Shown here piece after piece: positions 18,520 to 26,977 of a DNA stretch of 64,000 bases. The stretch comes from Candidatus Cloacimonadota bacterium. Lineage in GTDB: Bacteria; Cloacimonadota; Cloacimonadia; Cloacimonadales; Cloacimonadaceae. The stretch lies in contig JAJBAW010000006.1 of NCBI GenBank assembly GCA_020532545.1, positions 1,025 through 65,024 on the forward strand. The letters run 5' to 3'. Below the pieces are notes generated by a model. It was not told the DNA's origin. It ran no database searches and saw nothing but the letters and a program-made list of their open reading frames with translations. The position numbers and the translations under genes are program-made. Within the stretch, counting starts at the first letter, position 1, and the number at the start of each line of letters is the position of its first letter.

Positions 18520-19212
18520 ATGTATAAGATAGTATTACTCAGGCACGGTGAAAGCGCCTGGAACGATGCCAATCGCTTTACCGGCTGGAGCGATGTAGAC
18601 CTTACTGCAAAAGGCATACAAGAAGCCAAAGAAGCCGGCAGAAGGCTGAAAGAAGCTGGCTTTAGCTTTGATGAAGCCTTCAGCTCCGTGCTCAAACGAG
18701 CCATCCGCACTCTCTGGCTGGTGCTGGATGAGATGGACCTGATGTACATCCCCATCCGCAAGGACTGGCATCTGAATGGCCGGCATTATGGCGCTCTGGA
18801 AGGCTTGAATAAAGCGGAAATGGCCGAGATATACGGCGAAGAGCAAGTTCTGGCCTGGCGACGTAGCTTTGATATCGCGCCTCCGCCTCTCACAAAAGAC
18901 GATGAACGGTACCCGGGCCATGATCCCCGTTATGCCAATCTGGAAGAAAGCCAGATTCCGCTGGGAGAATCTCTGAAAGATACCATGGCGCGCACCCTGC
19001 CCTTCTGGAATGAAGTAATAATCCCCAGACTGGTGGCGGGACGCAGAATGGTGATCTCTGCCCATGGCAACTGCTTGCGCTCGATTGTGAAAAACCTGGA
19101 CCAGATCTCTGATGATGACATCGCGGACCTTAATATCCCTACGGGCATCCCTCTGGTCTATGAATTTGATGCCGAATTGAAGGCGACAAAGCATTACTAT
19201 CTAACTGATTAG
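18520..19212 (+). CDS. gpmA paralogue (histidine phosphatase superfamily) lacking the catalytic Glu and the C-terminal tail
   Basis: 230 aa. 76 of the first 90 residues are identical to the upstream gpmA (hand count). The motif is HLNGRHYG (GGC at 18778-18780) instead of RLNERHYG. The protein ends ...KHYYLTD without the tail. Confidence 0.85.
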   Translation: MYKIVLLRHGESAWNDANRFTGWSDVDLTAKGIQEAKEAGRRLKEAGFSFDEAFSSVLKRAIRTLWLVLDEMDLMYIPIRKDWHLNGRHYGALEGLNKAEMAEIYGEEQVLAWRRSFDIAPPPLTKDDERYPGHDPRYANLEESQIPLGESLKDTMARTLPFWNEVIIPRLVAGRRMVISAHGNCLRSIVKNLDQISDDDIADLNIPTGIPLVYEFDAELKATKHYYLTD

Positions 19213-19293
19213 CTCGGGATAAGCACAGCCGCGAGTAAGGCGCACAATCAAGTCCAAACTTGAACCGCCGTGTTTCAGGGTTTAAGCGCTGCC

Positions 19294-19422
19294 CTCTCCC
19301 ATTTGATGTCGTGGAGATGACGTGGAGATAGCAGGAATAAATCCTCTTATCTCCACGTCATCTTCACGACAAGCTATCCGGCTGGATATCTGCAAGTCAC
19401 AGGCTGGGAAGGGCAAAGAAAC
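19294..19422 (+). repeat. hairpin repeat family A, copy 1
   Basis: The left arm 19308-19330 pairs with the right arm 19348-19370 (22 Watson-Crick pairs plus 1 G-T), with a 17-nt loop gcaggaataaatcctct. A conserved 5' lead cccatttg and a 3' box gctgggaagggcaaagaaac flank it. Confidence 0.85.
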
Positions 19423-19607
19423 AAGATCGGCCTATACTGGAAAATGGGGGCAGGCTTGAGCGAGGAATACCTTGACAGAAAGGTCTTTTATCATTTTCTT
19501 GCAATATCAGATATAGTTTATCCAGCTTGGCTGAATTATCAGCAATCCCTGTTTATCAACGATTTTACGATCAGATAGCTCAATCAATTGAAAGAAAAGA
19601 GATTAAT

Positions 19608-20762
19608 ATGAAGAATGAATTTAGCCTAAACGAGCCCTTGCAAAACAAGATCCGAGAACTTTGCCAGTCTGTGGACGGCCCCTTTTATGTTTACGATACT
19701 GCTCATATTGTGCAGAATTGCCGCAGTTTCATGGACATCTCTTATGCCAATAAATCCATCCATTTTGCCCTGATGGCAAACGCCCAAACCCGCTTTCTGC
19801 GCATCATCAAAGACGCTGGACTGGGGGTTTTTGTGAACTCCGTGCTTCATCTGGAACTCGTGCTTTCTCTTGGCTTTAGCGGAGAAGATATCGTCTATGC
19901 AGCCTCCGCGATGGACATTGCCACCATGCGTAAAGCACAGGCCTGTGGCTGTCTGGTCATCCTGGATTCGATGAGTCAATTCCGGCTCTGGCACTCCCTT
20001 TTCCCCGAAAGCACAGCCGGCATCAGATGCAATATCGGCAGCCGGGTAGTGCCCAGGAACACGCTCGCAGGATATTTCATCGGCAAAGAAAGCCGTTTGG
20101 GGCTCACAATGGAAGAAGTGGCAGAGCTCAGCGGCCATCCCGCCATCTCAGGACTGCATTCCTATCTGGGCACGGATATTCTTGATATTGAGTACTTTAT
20201 GGAGTGCTACACCAGAATCACGGAACTGGCTGGCATGTTTCCAGAGCTAAAATTCCTGGATTTTGGAGGTGGATTTGGTTTGGGAGGGGATCTCTCGAAA
20301 AAACTGGATCTGCAGGCTTACGGAGCACAAGTAACAAGTCTAATGGACAAGCTATCTGCCCAAGTTGGCAGGTCGATCAAGCTGCTTTTGGAGCCAGGCA
20401 GGATCATCGGTGGTGCGGCGGGTTACTTCGTCTGCCGGGTCACGGATATCAAAGAACGGGAAGGACTGCGCTTGATCGGCGTGAATGCTTCCGTAGCTCA
20501 GTTTCCCAGACCGCTCTTCTACCCAGATAGCGCTTTTCATCCGGTGACTCTGCTCCAGCAAAACCCAGCCTCTAAGGATGAGCAGTATATGTCAAGTATC
20601 TATGGCTGTTCCACTTACTCCCGGGATTTCCTGGCGCGTGAGGTCCTGCTGCCCCGGGCAGAAATGGGTGACGTCGTGGTCTTGGGCTATGCAGGCTCTT
20701 ACAGCGCAGGTGCTTACACTCATTTTCTGGGCTTCCCAGAGGCGGATGAATACTATCTATGA
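19608..20762 (+). CDS. fold-type III PLP decarboxylase homologue (Orn/DAP/Arg decarboxylase family) lacking the PLP-binding Lys
   Basis: 384 aa from ATG 19608; the ORF-track TTG at 19527 is probably an over-extension. Family motifs are PFYVYD, LDFGGGFG, LEPGR and GAY. The canonical YA[VA]KAN is FALMAN here (Met codon 19773-19775). Confidence 0.75.
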   Translation: MKNEFSLNEPLQNKIRELCQSVDGPFYVYDTAHIVQNCRSFMDISYANKSIHFALMANAQTRFLRIIKDAGLGVFVNSVLHLELVLSLGFSGEDIVYAASAMDIATMRKAQACGCLVILDSMSQFRLWHSLFPESTAGIRCNIGSRVVPRNTLAGYFIGKESRLGLTMEEVAELSGHPAISGLHSYLGTDILDIEYFMECYTRITELAGMFPELKFLDFGGGFGLGGDLSKKLDLQAYGAQVTSLMDKLSAQVGRSIKLLLEPGRIIGGAAGYFVCRVTDIKEREGLRLIGVNASVAQFPRPLFYPDSAFHPVTLLQQNPASKDEQYMSSIYGCSTYSRDFLAREVLLPRAEMGDVVVLGYAGSYSAGAYTHFLGFPEADEYYL

Positions 20763-21847
20763 AGATCTGTCCGGTAAGCACGGCCAAGGATTTGCGCAGC
20801 TTTTTCGTTATCTCAAAAGAGGTATATCAAGACAATCCGTTTTACCGGGCTACCGAAACTGACCTCGTCCGCAAGCTGGTCAAAGGCCGCACCGTCTTTC
20901 ATAGCCATGCCTCGGTGAAACCCTATCTTATCACAAAAGGTGGGAAACCGTTCGGACGCTTTGCTCTGATTCAGGACCGTAAACTGCCGGACTATGTACA
21001 GATAGCCTTTTTTGAAGCGCTGCCGGGTTTGCCGAATTTGGCGGAGCAGATTTTGAGCCAGGTACGCCTTGCTGAACCTCAAGGCCGGAAGTTTGTGATC
21101 GGACTGAGCGGGCATCTGAATTACAGTGCCGGCATGCTGCTCAATCATTTTGACCAGGCTCCGGTCTTTGGTTTGCCCTATACTCCGGCTTATTATCCCG
21201 ATTATTTCAGCCAGTTTCAGCTTCGAACCATGCTCTCCTACCGCTTTCCCAGCCAGCCGTTTTACGAATTTATGCAAGACTCGGATCAGGCTCCCGATCT
21301 GGGAGGCATTACTGTGCGCACACTCAACAAAAGCAGGTTCAAAGAGGAGATCGGGATTTATACTGCGCTCAACAATGCCTGTTTTGCGCAGCATCCCTTT
21401 TGGGCAGACCGCACGGTGGAAGAGGACTTGGAACTGTTCAATCCTTTCCGTCCGCTGCTCAGGGAAGAGTATTTTCTGTTTGCCGAATATCGGGGTAAAC
21501 CCATCGGTTTTTTGCTCTGGTATCCTGATTTCAATGAACTGGTACAGGGGCAGGAGCAGCTCAATCCGCTGCATATCATCAAACATAGACTACGTGACCC
21601 CATCACTACTTTTCGCCTCACGCAGATCGCCGTTTTACCAGAACACAGGATCAGCAAAGCTACTTTGGCACTGATTTTGCAGATGATTCCACCCATTAAG
21701 AAAGCCGGATATCAATTTGGAGAGGGCGGATTCATCTTTGAGGATAACAGCCCCTGTCTAAATATGACGGCCAAATTCCTGCAAAGAGGTACGGGTAATA
21801 TCCTGGAGCCTTACCGGCGTTACGGGATGTTTGAGGGTGAGCTGTAA
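20759..21847 (+). CDS. GNAT-like acyltransferase-fold protein, unassigned family (paralogue 1)
   Basis: 362 aa with an ATGA overlap with the upstream gene. The C-terminal LTQIAVLPEHR...ATLALILQM resembles GNAT motif A. It is homologous along its full length to 21852-22943. Confidence 0.6.
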   Translation: MKICPVSTAKDLRSFFVISKEVYQDNPFYRATETDLVRKLVKGRTVFHSHASVKPYLITKGGKPFGRFALIQDRKLPDYVQIAFFEALPGLPNLAEQILSQVRLAEPQGRKFVIGLSGHLNYSAGMLLNHFDQAPVFGLPYTPAYYPDYFSQFQLRTMLSYRFPSQPFYEFMQDSDQAPDLGGITVRTLNKSRFKEEIGIYTALNNACFAQHPFWADRTVEEDLELFNPFRPLLREEYFLFAEYRGKPIGFLLWYPDFNELVQGQEQLNPLHIIKHRLRDPITTFRLTQIAVLPEHRISKATLALILQMIPPIKKAGYQFGEGGFIFEDNSPCLNMTAKFLQRGTGNILEPYRRYGMFEGEL

Positions 21848-21851
21848 AATC

Positions 21852-22943
21852 ATGTCGACAAAGCTAATACCTGTGCAAACTCCCGCTGAACTGGACGCTT
21901 TTTATCGTCTGGGACAAGAGGTCTATGCCGATTATCCTTTGTACCGCTGTGGCTATGGCGATATTCTGCCTTTGCTGGTGGAAGGCCGCTCTCCCTTTTG
22001 TGAACATGCCGATGTAACACCATATCTGATCATGAGATCAGGTCATCCGGCCGGACGCTTTGCTTTTGTTCATGACCGCAATCTGCCGGATTATGCCCAG
22101 ATCGCCTTTTTTGAAGCTCTGCCTGATATAGAGAATCTGGCAGAGCTAATCCTGAAGACAGCAAAACAGCATTATCCCCTCTGCAGCCGGCTGGTGGTGG
22201 GGCTCAATGGCCATGTGAATTACGGAGCTGGCTTTTTACTCAGCAGATTTGATGAAGTTCCGATTTTTGAGCTGCCCTATACCCCGGCTTATTACCGTGA
22301 TTACTTTGCAGATCTCACCGAAAGACAGATGCACACCTTTCGTTACCCGATGCAGGAGTTTTATGCCTGGGGAGAAAGGATGAGAGATCGTGCGAACCTT
22401 AAGGGCATTACGGTCCGCGGCCTTGATCCAAAGCACTTTGAGCGAGACATCGGGGTCTATACGGAGCTGAACAACGCCTGTTTTACCGAGCATCCCTATT
22501 GGTCAAACCGCAGTCTGGCAGAAGATTTAGAGCTCTTTCGTCCTCTGGAAGCTTTTTTGCACAAGGATAATCTTTTGTTTGCCGAATATCAGGGAAAAGC
22601 GGTAGGATTCCTCTTTTGGTTGCCGGACCTCAATGAGTTGCTGGATGGGCAGGAGACGCCAGGAGAAAAGCAACTAGAGAAATACCAAAGTGGCTTTAAG
22701 TTTGAGCAATACAGATTTCACGAAATAGCTGTGGTTCCGGGATTTAGAGGACCGGCGACTCTGGCTTTGTTTCTGGCTATGCTGGTATCTGTAAAGAAAA
22801 TGGGCTGTGTTTACGGCGAGGGAGGGATTATCTTTGCGGACAATCTGGCCAGTATAAACATGACTAAGCGTTATTATCAGAGAGTCTTTGGCTGTCTGCC
22901 TGAACCCTGGCGACGCCTGGCTGTTTATGAGGCTAAGTTATGA
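21852..22943 (+). CDS. GNAT-like acyltransferase-fold protein, unassigned family (paralogue 2)
   Basis: 363 aa from ATG 21852. It shares LPDY[VA]QIAFFEALP, GL[SN]GH[LV]NY and LPYTPAYY with paralogue 1. Its motif A-like segment is HEIAVVPGFRGPATLALFLAM. Confidence 0.6.
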   Translation: MSTKLIPVQTPAELDAFYRLGQEVYADYPLYRCGYGDILPLLVEGRSPFCEHADVTPYLIMRSGHPAGRFAFVHDRNLPDYAQIAFFEALPDIENLAELILKTAKQHYPLCSRLVVGLNGHVNYGAGFLLSRFDEVPIFELPYTPAYYRDYFADLTERQMHTFRYPMQEFYAWGERMRDRANLKGITVRGLDPKHFERDIGVYTELNNACFTEHPYWSNRSLAEDLELFRPLEAFLHKDNLLFAEYQGKAVGFLFWLPDLNELLDGQETPGEKQLEKYQSGFKFEQYRFHEIAVVPGFRGPATLALFLAMLVSVKKMGCVYGEGGIIFADNLASINMTKRYYQRVFGCLPEPWRRLAVYEAKL

Positions 22944-23953
22944 GCCTGAAACTCATGAAAGTGGACAGCGCTAGTGAACTACCTCCAGAGTGGGATATCC
23001 TTGCAGATGAATACTATCAGACCCAGGAGTTTCTGCTGCATGCCGAGCGCTACAATCCCTGTGCGCAGAGATACTATCTGTTCTATCGAGAGGGAACTTT
23101 TGTAGCCGGATTGGTCGTTTATACCTTGACTATTAATGTCTTTACCTATTCCATTTTGAAGATCCCTTTCTCCATGAATGTAGCCGGGATTCCCTGCTCC
23201 GTGTCTGCCAGCGGATTTATCGGGGATGAAGAACTTTTTGCCTTCGTTTTCGATCTGCTAAAGCCTCTGGAAAAAGGATTTTTGACGGTCTTGAATTTGG
23301 ACTTCGCTCCGCAAATAAAGGATGTGATGATCGGTCATACTCTGCCTACGATCACACTGCAAAACGGATTCAAGTGCTGGGACGATTATCTAGATTCTCT
23401 CAGATCAGATTACCGCAGGCGCTTCAGCCGGATTTCGGCAGCCTTTTCCGGCGTCAGAACTGTGGCAGGTGATTGCTCGCTTTATTCTGAAGACATGCAC
23501 CTGCTCTATCTGGAGGTGCTGGCTCACACGAAAGGCAAGCTGGAAACGCTCTCCTCCGCTTTTTTCAGGAACTTACCCCAGGCTTTCAGATTGACTGCCT
23601 ATTATGAGCAGGAAAGGCTACTGGGCTGGTATATTTCCACAGCCTATCAGGATCGATTCTACTTCTTTCTGGGTGGCTTTGATTATCAGGCAAATCCGAA
23701 ATATCAGACCTATTTTAATCTCTTGTATGAGCTGCTCAGAGAAGGCCTTGAAGATCGCTGTGCAGTTCTGGATTTTGGGCAAACTGCCGAAGTCCCAAAG
23801 CTGCGTCTGGGCGCTAAAATAAGCCCCAAATGGATGCTGGGCTATCATTCTAATTTCTTGATCCGAAAGCTGCTGATAACAGCCAGAGGGATCCTGGAAT
23901 ATGCCTCCGTCTTCCCCGAAACCCACACTTTCACCGAAAATAAGGAACAATAA
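22940..23953 (+). CDS. FemAB/BioF2-like GNAT acyltransferase (Acetyltransf_6-like)
   Basis: 337 aa with an ATGA overlap upstream. The C-terminal FLGGFDYQANPKYQTYFNLLYELLREG...VLDFGQT is typical of the FemAB-like/CelD-like family, as I recall it. Confidence 0.55.
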   Translation: MSLKLMKVDSASELPPEWDILADEYYQTQEFLLHAERYNPCAQRYYLFYREGTFVAGLVVYTLTINVFTYSILKIPFSMNVAGIPCSVSASGFIGDEELFAFVFDLLKPLEKGFLTVLNLDFAPQIKDVMIGHTLPTITLQNGFKCWDDYLDSLRSDYRRRFSRISAAFSGVRTVAGDCSLYSEDMHLLYLEVLAHTKGKLETLSSAFFRNLPQAFRLTAYYEQERLLGWYISTAYQDRFYFFLGGFDYQANPKYQTYFNLLYELLREGLEDRCAVLDFGQTAEVPKLRLGAKISPKWMLGYHSNFLIRKLLITARGILEYASVFPETHTFTENKEQ

Positions 23954-25324
23954 ATGAAAATACTTTTTGTACGTCCCCGGCCTTCACCAGAAACTATTGG
24001 CCTGCAACATGTAATGCTGGTGGAGCCCCTGGAACTAGAAGTCCTGGCAACCTTGGTGGGAACTGGCGATATCCCCGTTATTATCGATATGGTTTTGGAA
24101 AAACTGCCTCTCACCCACTTTCTGATGCTGGAAAGACCTGATGTCTTCTGTGTAACAGGCTACATTACCAATGTCCCTGAAATGAAGTCCTATTGCCGCA
24201 AGGCCAAAAAGCTGCTGCCGCAGGTGATTACGATCGTGGGAGGCGTTCATTGCGAGGTCTGTCCCCAGGATTTGGATGATGAATATATAGATTTCCGCAT
24301 GGTCCGAAATGCCGTGACGGCCTTCCCGCGGTTGCTTGAGCATCTCAAAGGCAAAGGAGAATTGCCCGCTGAAGCGCTGAAATATCAGCAAAGCCATCAC
24401 CCGGAAGCCCTGCCTCCCTTTGACTTCAGCTTTCCTTTGCCAGACAGGAGCTTAACCAGGCAGTACAGAGATAAGTACTTTTACATCTTTCACGATAAAG
24501 TCGCTCTGCTGAAAACCTCTTTCGGCTGTCCTTATAGCTGCACTTTCTGTTTTTGCCGCGCGATTACCCGTGATCGTTACTATGAAAGACCGCTCGCTGA
24601 GGTCATCCAAGAGATCAAACTGATCCAGGAAAGAAACATCTATATCGTGGATGATGATTTCCTTTCTAGCAGGAGCCGGGTGCAGGATTTTATCTCCGCA
24701 ATCCGCACTGCCAGACTGGATAAGCAATATCTGCTCTATGGCAGGGCAGATTTCATCGCCGAAAATCCCGATCTGATGAAGGAATTTGCCGAGCTTGGCC
24801 TCAAGACCGTGATTGTGGGTTTTGAATCTTTTACCGATGAGGAACTGGATCAATACCACAAAGGCATCAGCGCCGAGACCAACGCCAAAGCCATGAAGAT
24901 TCTGAATCAGTACAAGATCGACTGTTTTGCCACGATCATCGTTTCCCCGGAATGGGGCAAGGCCGATTTTGAGCATTGCCGCAAGTCCCTGCTGGCGCTG
25001 GGTATTCATTATGTGAATTTGCAGCCTTTGACGCCCCTTCCGGGCACGGAAATGACTGCCCCGCGTGAAGATCTACTTTTCCCCTACAGCGATTATCACA
25101 AATGGGATCTGGCCCATATCGCCATCCAACCCTCGCAGATGACTGTGCCGGATTTTTACCGGGCTATTTTAAAGCTTTACAAAGCGGTGCTCTATCAACC
25201 CCCTGCTGTTATGAAATATCTGCGTTCATACAGCCCGGCTATGCTGATGAAGATGCTCACAGGCGTCTATCACGTGCAAAAGCAATATCTAAAGAGGATC
25301 CGGGAGGCCAGCAAAGATGCCTAA
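23954..25324 (+). CDS. B12-binding-domain radical SAM enzyme
   Basis: 456 aa, starting directly after the upstream stop. It has an N-terminal Rossmann-like B12-binding region and the CX3CX2C cluster motif GCPYSCTFC. Confidence 0.85.
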   Translation: MKILFVRPRPSPETIGLQHVMLVEPLELEVLATLVGTGDIPVIIDMVLEKLPLTHFLMLERPDVFCVTGYITNVPEMKSYCRKAKKLLPQVITIVGGVHCEVCPQDLDDEYIDFRMVRNAVTAFPRLLEHLKGKGELPAEALKYQQSHHPEALPPFDFSFPLPDRSLTRQYRDKYFYIFHDKVALLKTSFGCPYSCTFCFCRAITRDRYYERPLAEVIQEIKLIQERNIYIVDDDFLSSRSRVQDFISAIRTARLDKQYLLYGRADFIAENPDLMKEFAELGLKTVIVGFESFTDEELDQYHKGISAETNAKAMKILNQYKIDCFATIIVSPEWGKADFEHCRKSLLALGIHYVNLQPLTPLPGTEMTAPREDLLFPYSDYHKWDLAHIAIQPSQMTVPDFYRAILKLYKAVLYQPPAVMKYLRSYSPAMLMKMLTGVYHVQKQYLKRIREASKDA

Positions 25325-26639
25325 GATACTATTCATTCAGCCCACTCAATACGGGGCAGACGGCAAACTCTGCAAACAAAAGAAGATTTTTCTGCCGGGG
25401 CTGGTTTTCCCCTTATTGGCAGCCATGACCCCTGCTCATTGGGAGATCGAAGTCATCATCGAAGTAGTAGATAACGTTGATTATGACAGTGATGCAGACC
25501 TCATCGCCATCGGCACGATGGGCTACGCGATGTTCAGAGGCATGGAGATCGCCGATGAATTCCGCAAACGCGGCAAAACTGTCGTTATGGGCGGCTACAT
25601 GGCCTCCATGGTGGCAGAGGAAAGCCTCAAACACGCAGATTCTCTGGTTCTGGGCGATGCGGAAATTTCCTATCCCCTGATGTTGAGGGATTTTGAGGAG
25701 AAAAGCAAACTGGAGCGGATTTATGACCATCCTATCAGCAAATTGGCGGATCTGCCCGTCCCGCGTTATGATCTTTTGACCTCCAAACCCATCGGAAACA
25801 TGCTGCCTGTTCAAGCTGGCAGAGGTTGCCCCAATACCTGCAGTTTCTGTTCGGTAGCCTGCATGTACAAGGGCAGATACCTCTTTAGACCAGTACCGGA
25901 AGTCATCCGTGACATCAAAGCTGTACGTGCCCTGGGCTACAAACAGTTTTACCTGATCGACGACAATCTCGTTTCCAATGAGACCTACCTGCGGGAACTC
26001 TGCCGTGAGATCGAGCCTTTGGGCCTGAAGTGGTCCACTCAGTGCGCTCTGGAAATTGGGGACAAGCCCGAGCTTTTGGCACTGGTGAAACGATCCGGAG
26101 CCCAGATCATGAGCTTCGGGATCGAAAGCATCACCCAAGCCGGTCTGGATAAACTCAATAAAGGCTGGCTCAATGTCGATGATCACAAAAAACGGATTGC
26201 GGCCATCACCAAAGCCGGTATCATGGTGAGCAGCGAGATGATCATCGGCACAGATAGCGACACAGAGCAGAGCATCAAAGCCACTTACGATTTCATCTGG
26301 GAGACGCGTATTCCTCTGCCCCGTTTTTACATCCTGACCCCCACCCCCGGAACAGATCTGTATGAAGAATTCCTTGCGGAAGACAGATTGATCAGCACCG
26401 ATTGGAAAATGTACGACGGCACCGTCTGCGTCTATAAACCTGTCAATCTCAGCCCCGAAAGACTCACCGAGCTCTTCTGGGAGCTCTACAAAAGAGTCTA
26501 TTCCTGGAAAAGCATCCTGCACAGGACGCTCCTAAACCCGGCTATCTGGAAGTCCCCACGCCTTTATCTATTTGCTTTTGTGGTGAACCTGCATTATCGT
26601 AGCTATGTAAAAAAGGGTAATCCTCCCAACATATTGTAG
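25317..26639 (+). CDS. B12-binding-domain radical SAM enzyme (second, distinct)
   Basis: 440 aa with an 8-nt overlap with the upstream gene. It has an N-terminal B12-binding-like region and the CX3CX2C motif GCPNTCSFC. Confidence 0.85.
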   Translation: MPKILFIQPTQYGADGKLCKQKKIFLPGLVFPLLAAMTPAHWEIEVIIEVVDNVDYDSDADLIAIGTMGYAMFRGMEIADEFRKRGKTVVMGGYMASMVAEESLKHADSLVLGDAEISYPLMLRDFEEKSKLERIYDHPISKLADLPVPRYDLLTSKPIGNMLPVQAGRGCPNTCSFCSVACMYKGRYLFRPVPEVIRDIKAVRALGYKQFYLIDDNLVSNETYLRELCREIEPLGLKWSTQCALEIGDKPELLALVKRSGAQIMSFGIESITQAGLDKLNKGWLNVDDHKKRIAAITKAGIMVSSEMIIGTDSDTEQSIKATYDFIWETRIPLPRFYILTPTPGTDLYEEFLAEDRLISTDWKMYDGTVCVYKPVNLSPERLTELFWELYKRVYSWKSILHRTLLNPAIWKSPRLYLFAFVVNLHYRSYVKKGNPPNIL

Positions 26640-26711
26640 TCTGTGGTCTTTTTCCCTTGACTAATATCCACATATATAGATAGTGGTTAAAAAAAGACAA
26701 GGAGTCTTACC

Positions 26712-26882
26712 ATGGCAGTAAAGATCGATAAAGATACCTGCATAGGCTGCGGTGCCTGCGTGGATGTATGTCCCGTAAGCGCGCTTTCGATGGAAAATGA
26801 CAAAGCTGTTTGTGATGCTGATGCTTGCATAGATTGCGGCGCCTGCATCGCCACTTGCCCAGTTTCGGCAATCAGCGAATAA
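26712..26882 (+). CDS. 2x[4Fe-4S] dicluster ferredoxin (56 aa)
   Basis: Below the ORF-track size cut-off. The translation is MAVKIDKDTCIGCGACVDVCPVSALSMENDKAVCDADACIDCGACIATCPVSAISE, with two CxxCxxCxxxCP motifs. RBS AAGGAG lies 8 nt upstream. Confidence 0.85.
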   Translation: MAVKIDKDTCIGCGACVDVCPVSALSMENDKAVCDADACIDCGACIATCPVSAISE

Positions 26883-26909
26883 TATAACCAAACAACCAAT
26901 AAGATTGTG

Positions 26910-26945
26910 GGTGGAGGTGGCAACTACAGCCAGCTCCACCTTTTT
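26910..26945 (+). terminator. intrinsic terminator after the ferredoxin gene
   Basis: The stem is ggtggag / ctccacc, with an extra inner pairing tggc/gcca, followed by tttttctt. Confidence 0.55.
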
Positions 26946-26977
26946 CTTATCATCCTATTAATAACAGGGAGCTCAAG

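Noticed and set aside
19527-19607. ORF-track N-terminal extensions using TTG or upstream starts: 19527, 29428, 31642, 61241 and 62866.
   Set aside because: The internal ATGs have good RBS spacing. The extensions overlap upstream genes, terminators or a TTGACA promoter box.
25413-26522. Long antisense ORFs opposite well-supported genes: 25413-26522 (369 aa), 37347-38582 (411 aa), 32197-33105, 30678-31421, 6609-7523, 18535-19194 and 20813-21586.
   Set aside because: Each lies entirely opposite a gene with strong family motifs. They are typical shadow ORFs with Gly/Arg/Ala-rich or odd composition and no RBS.
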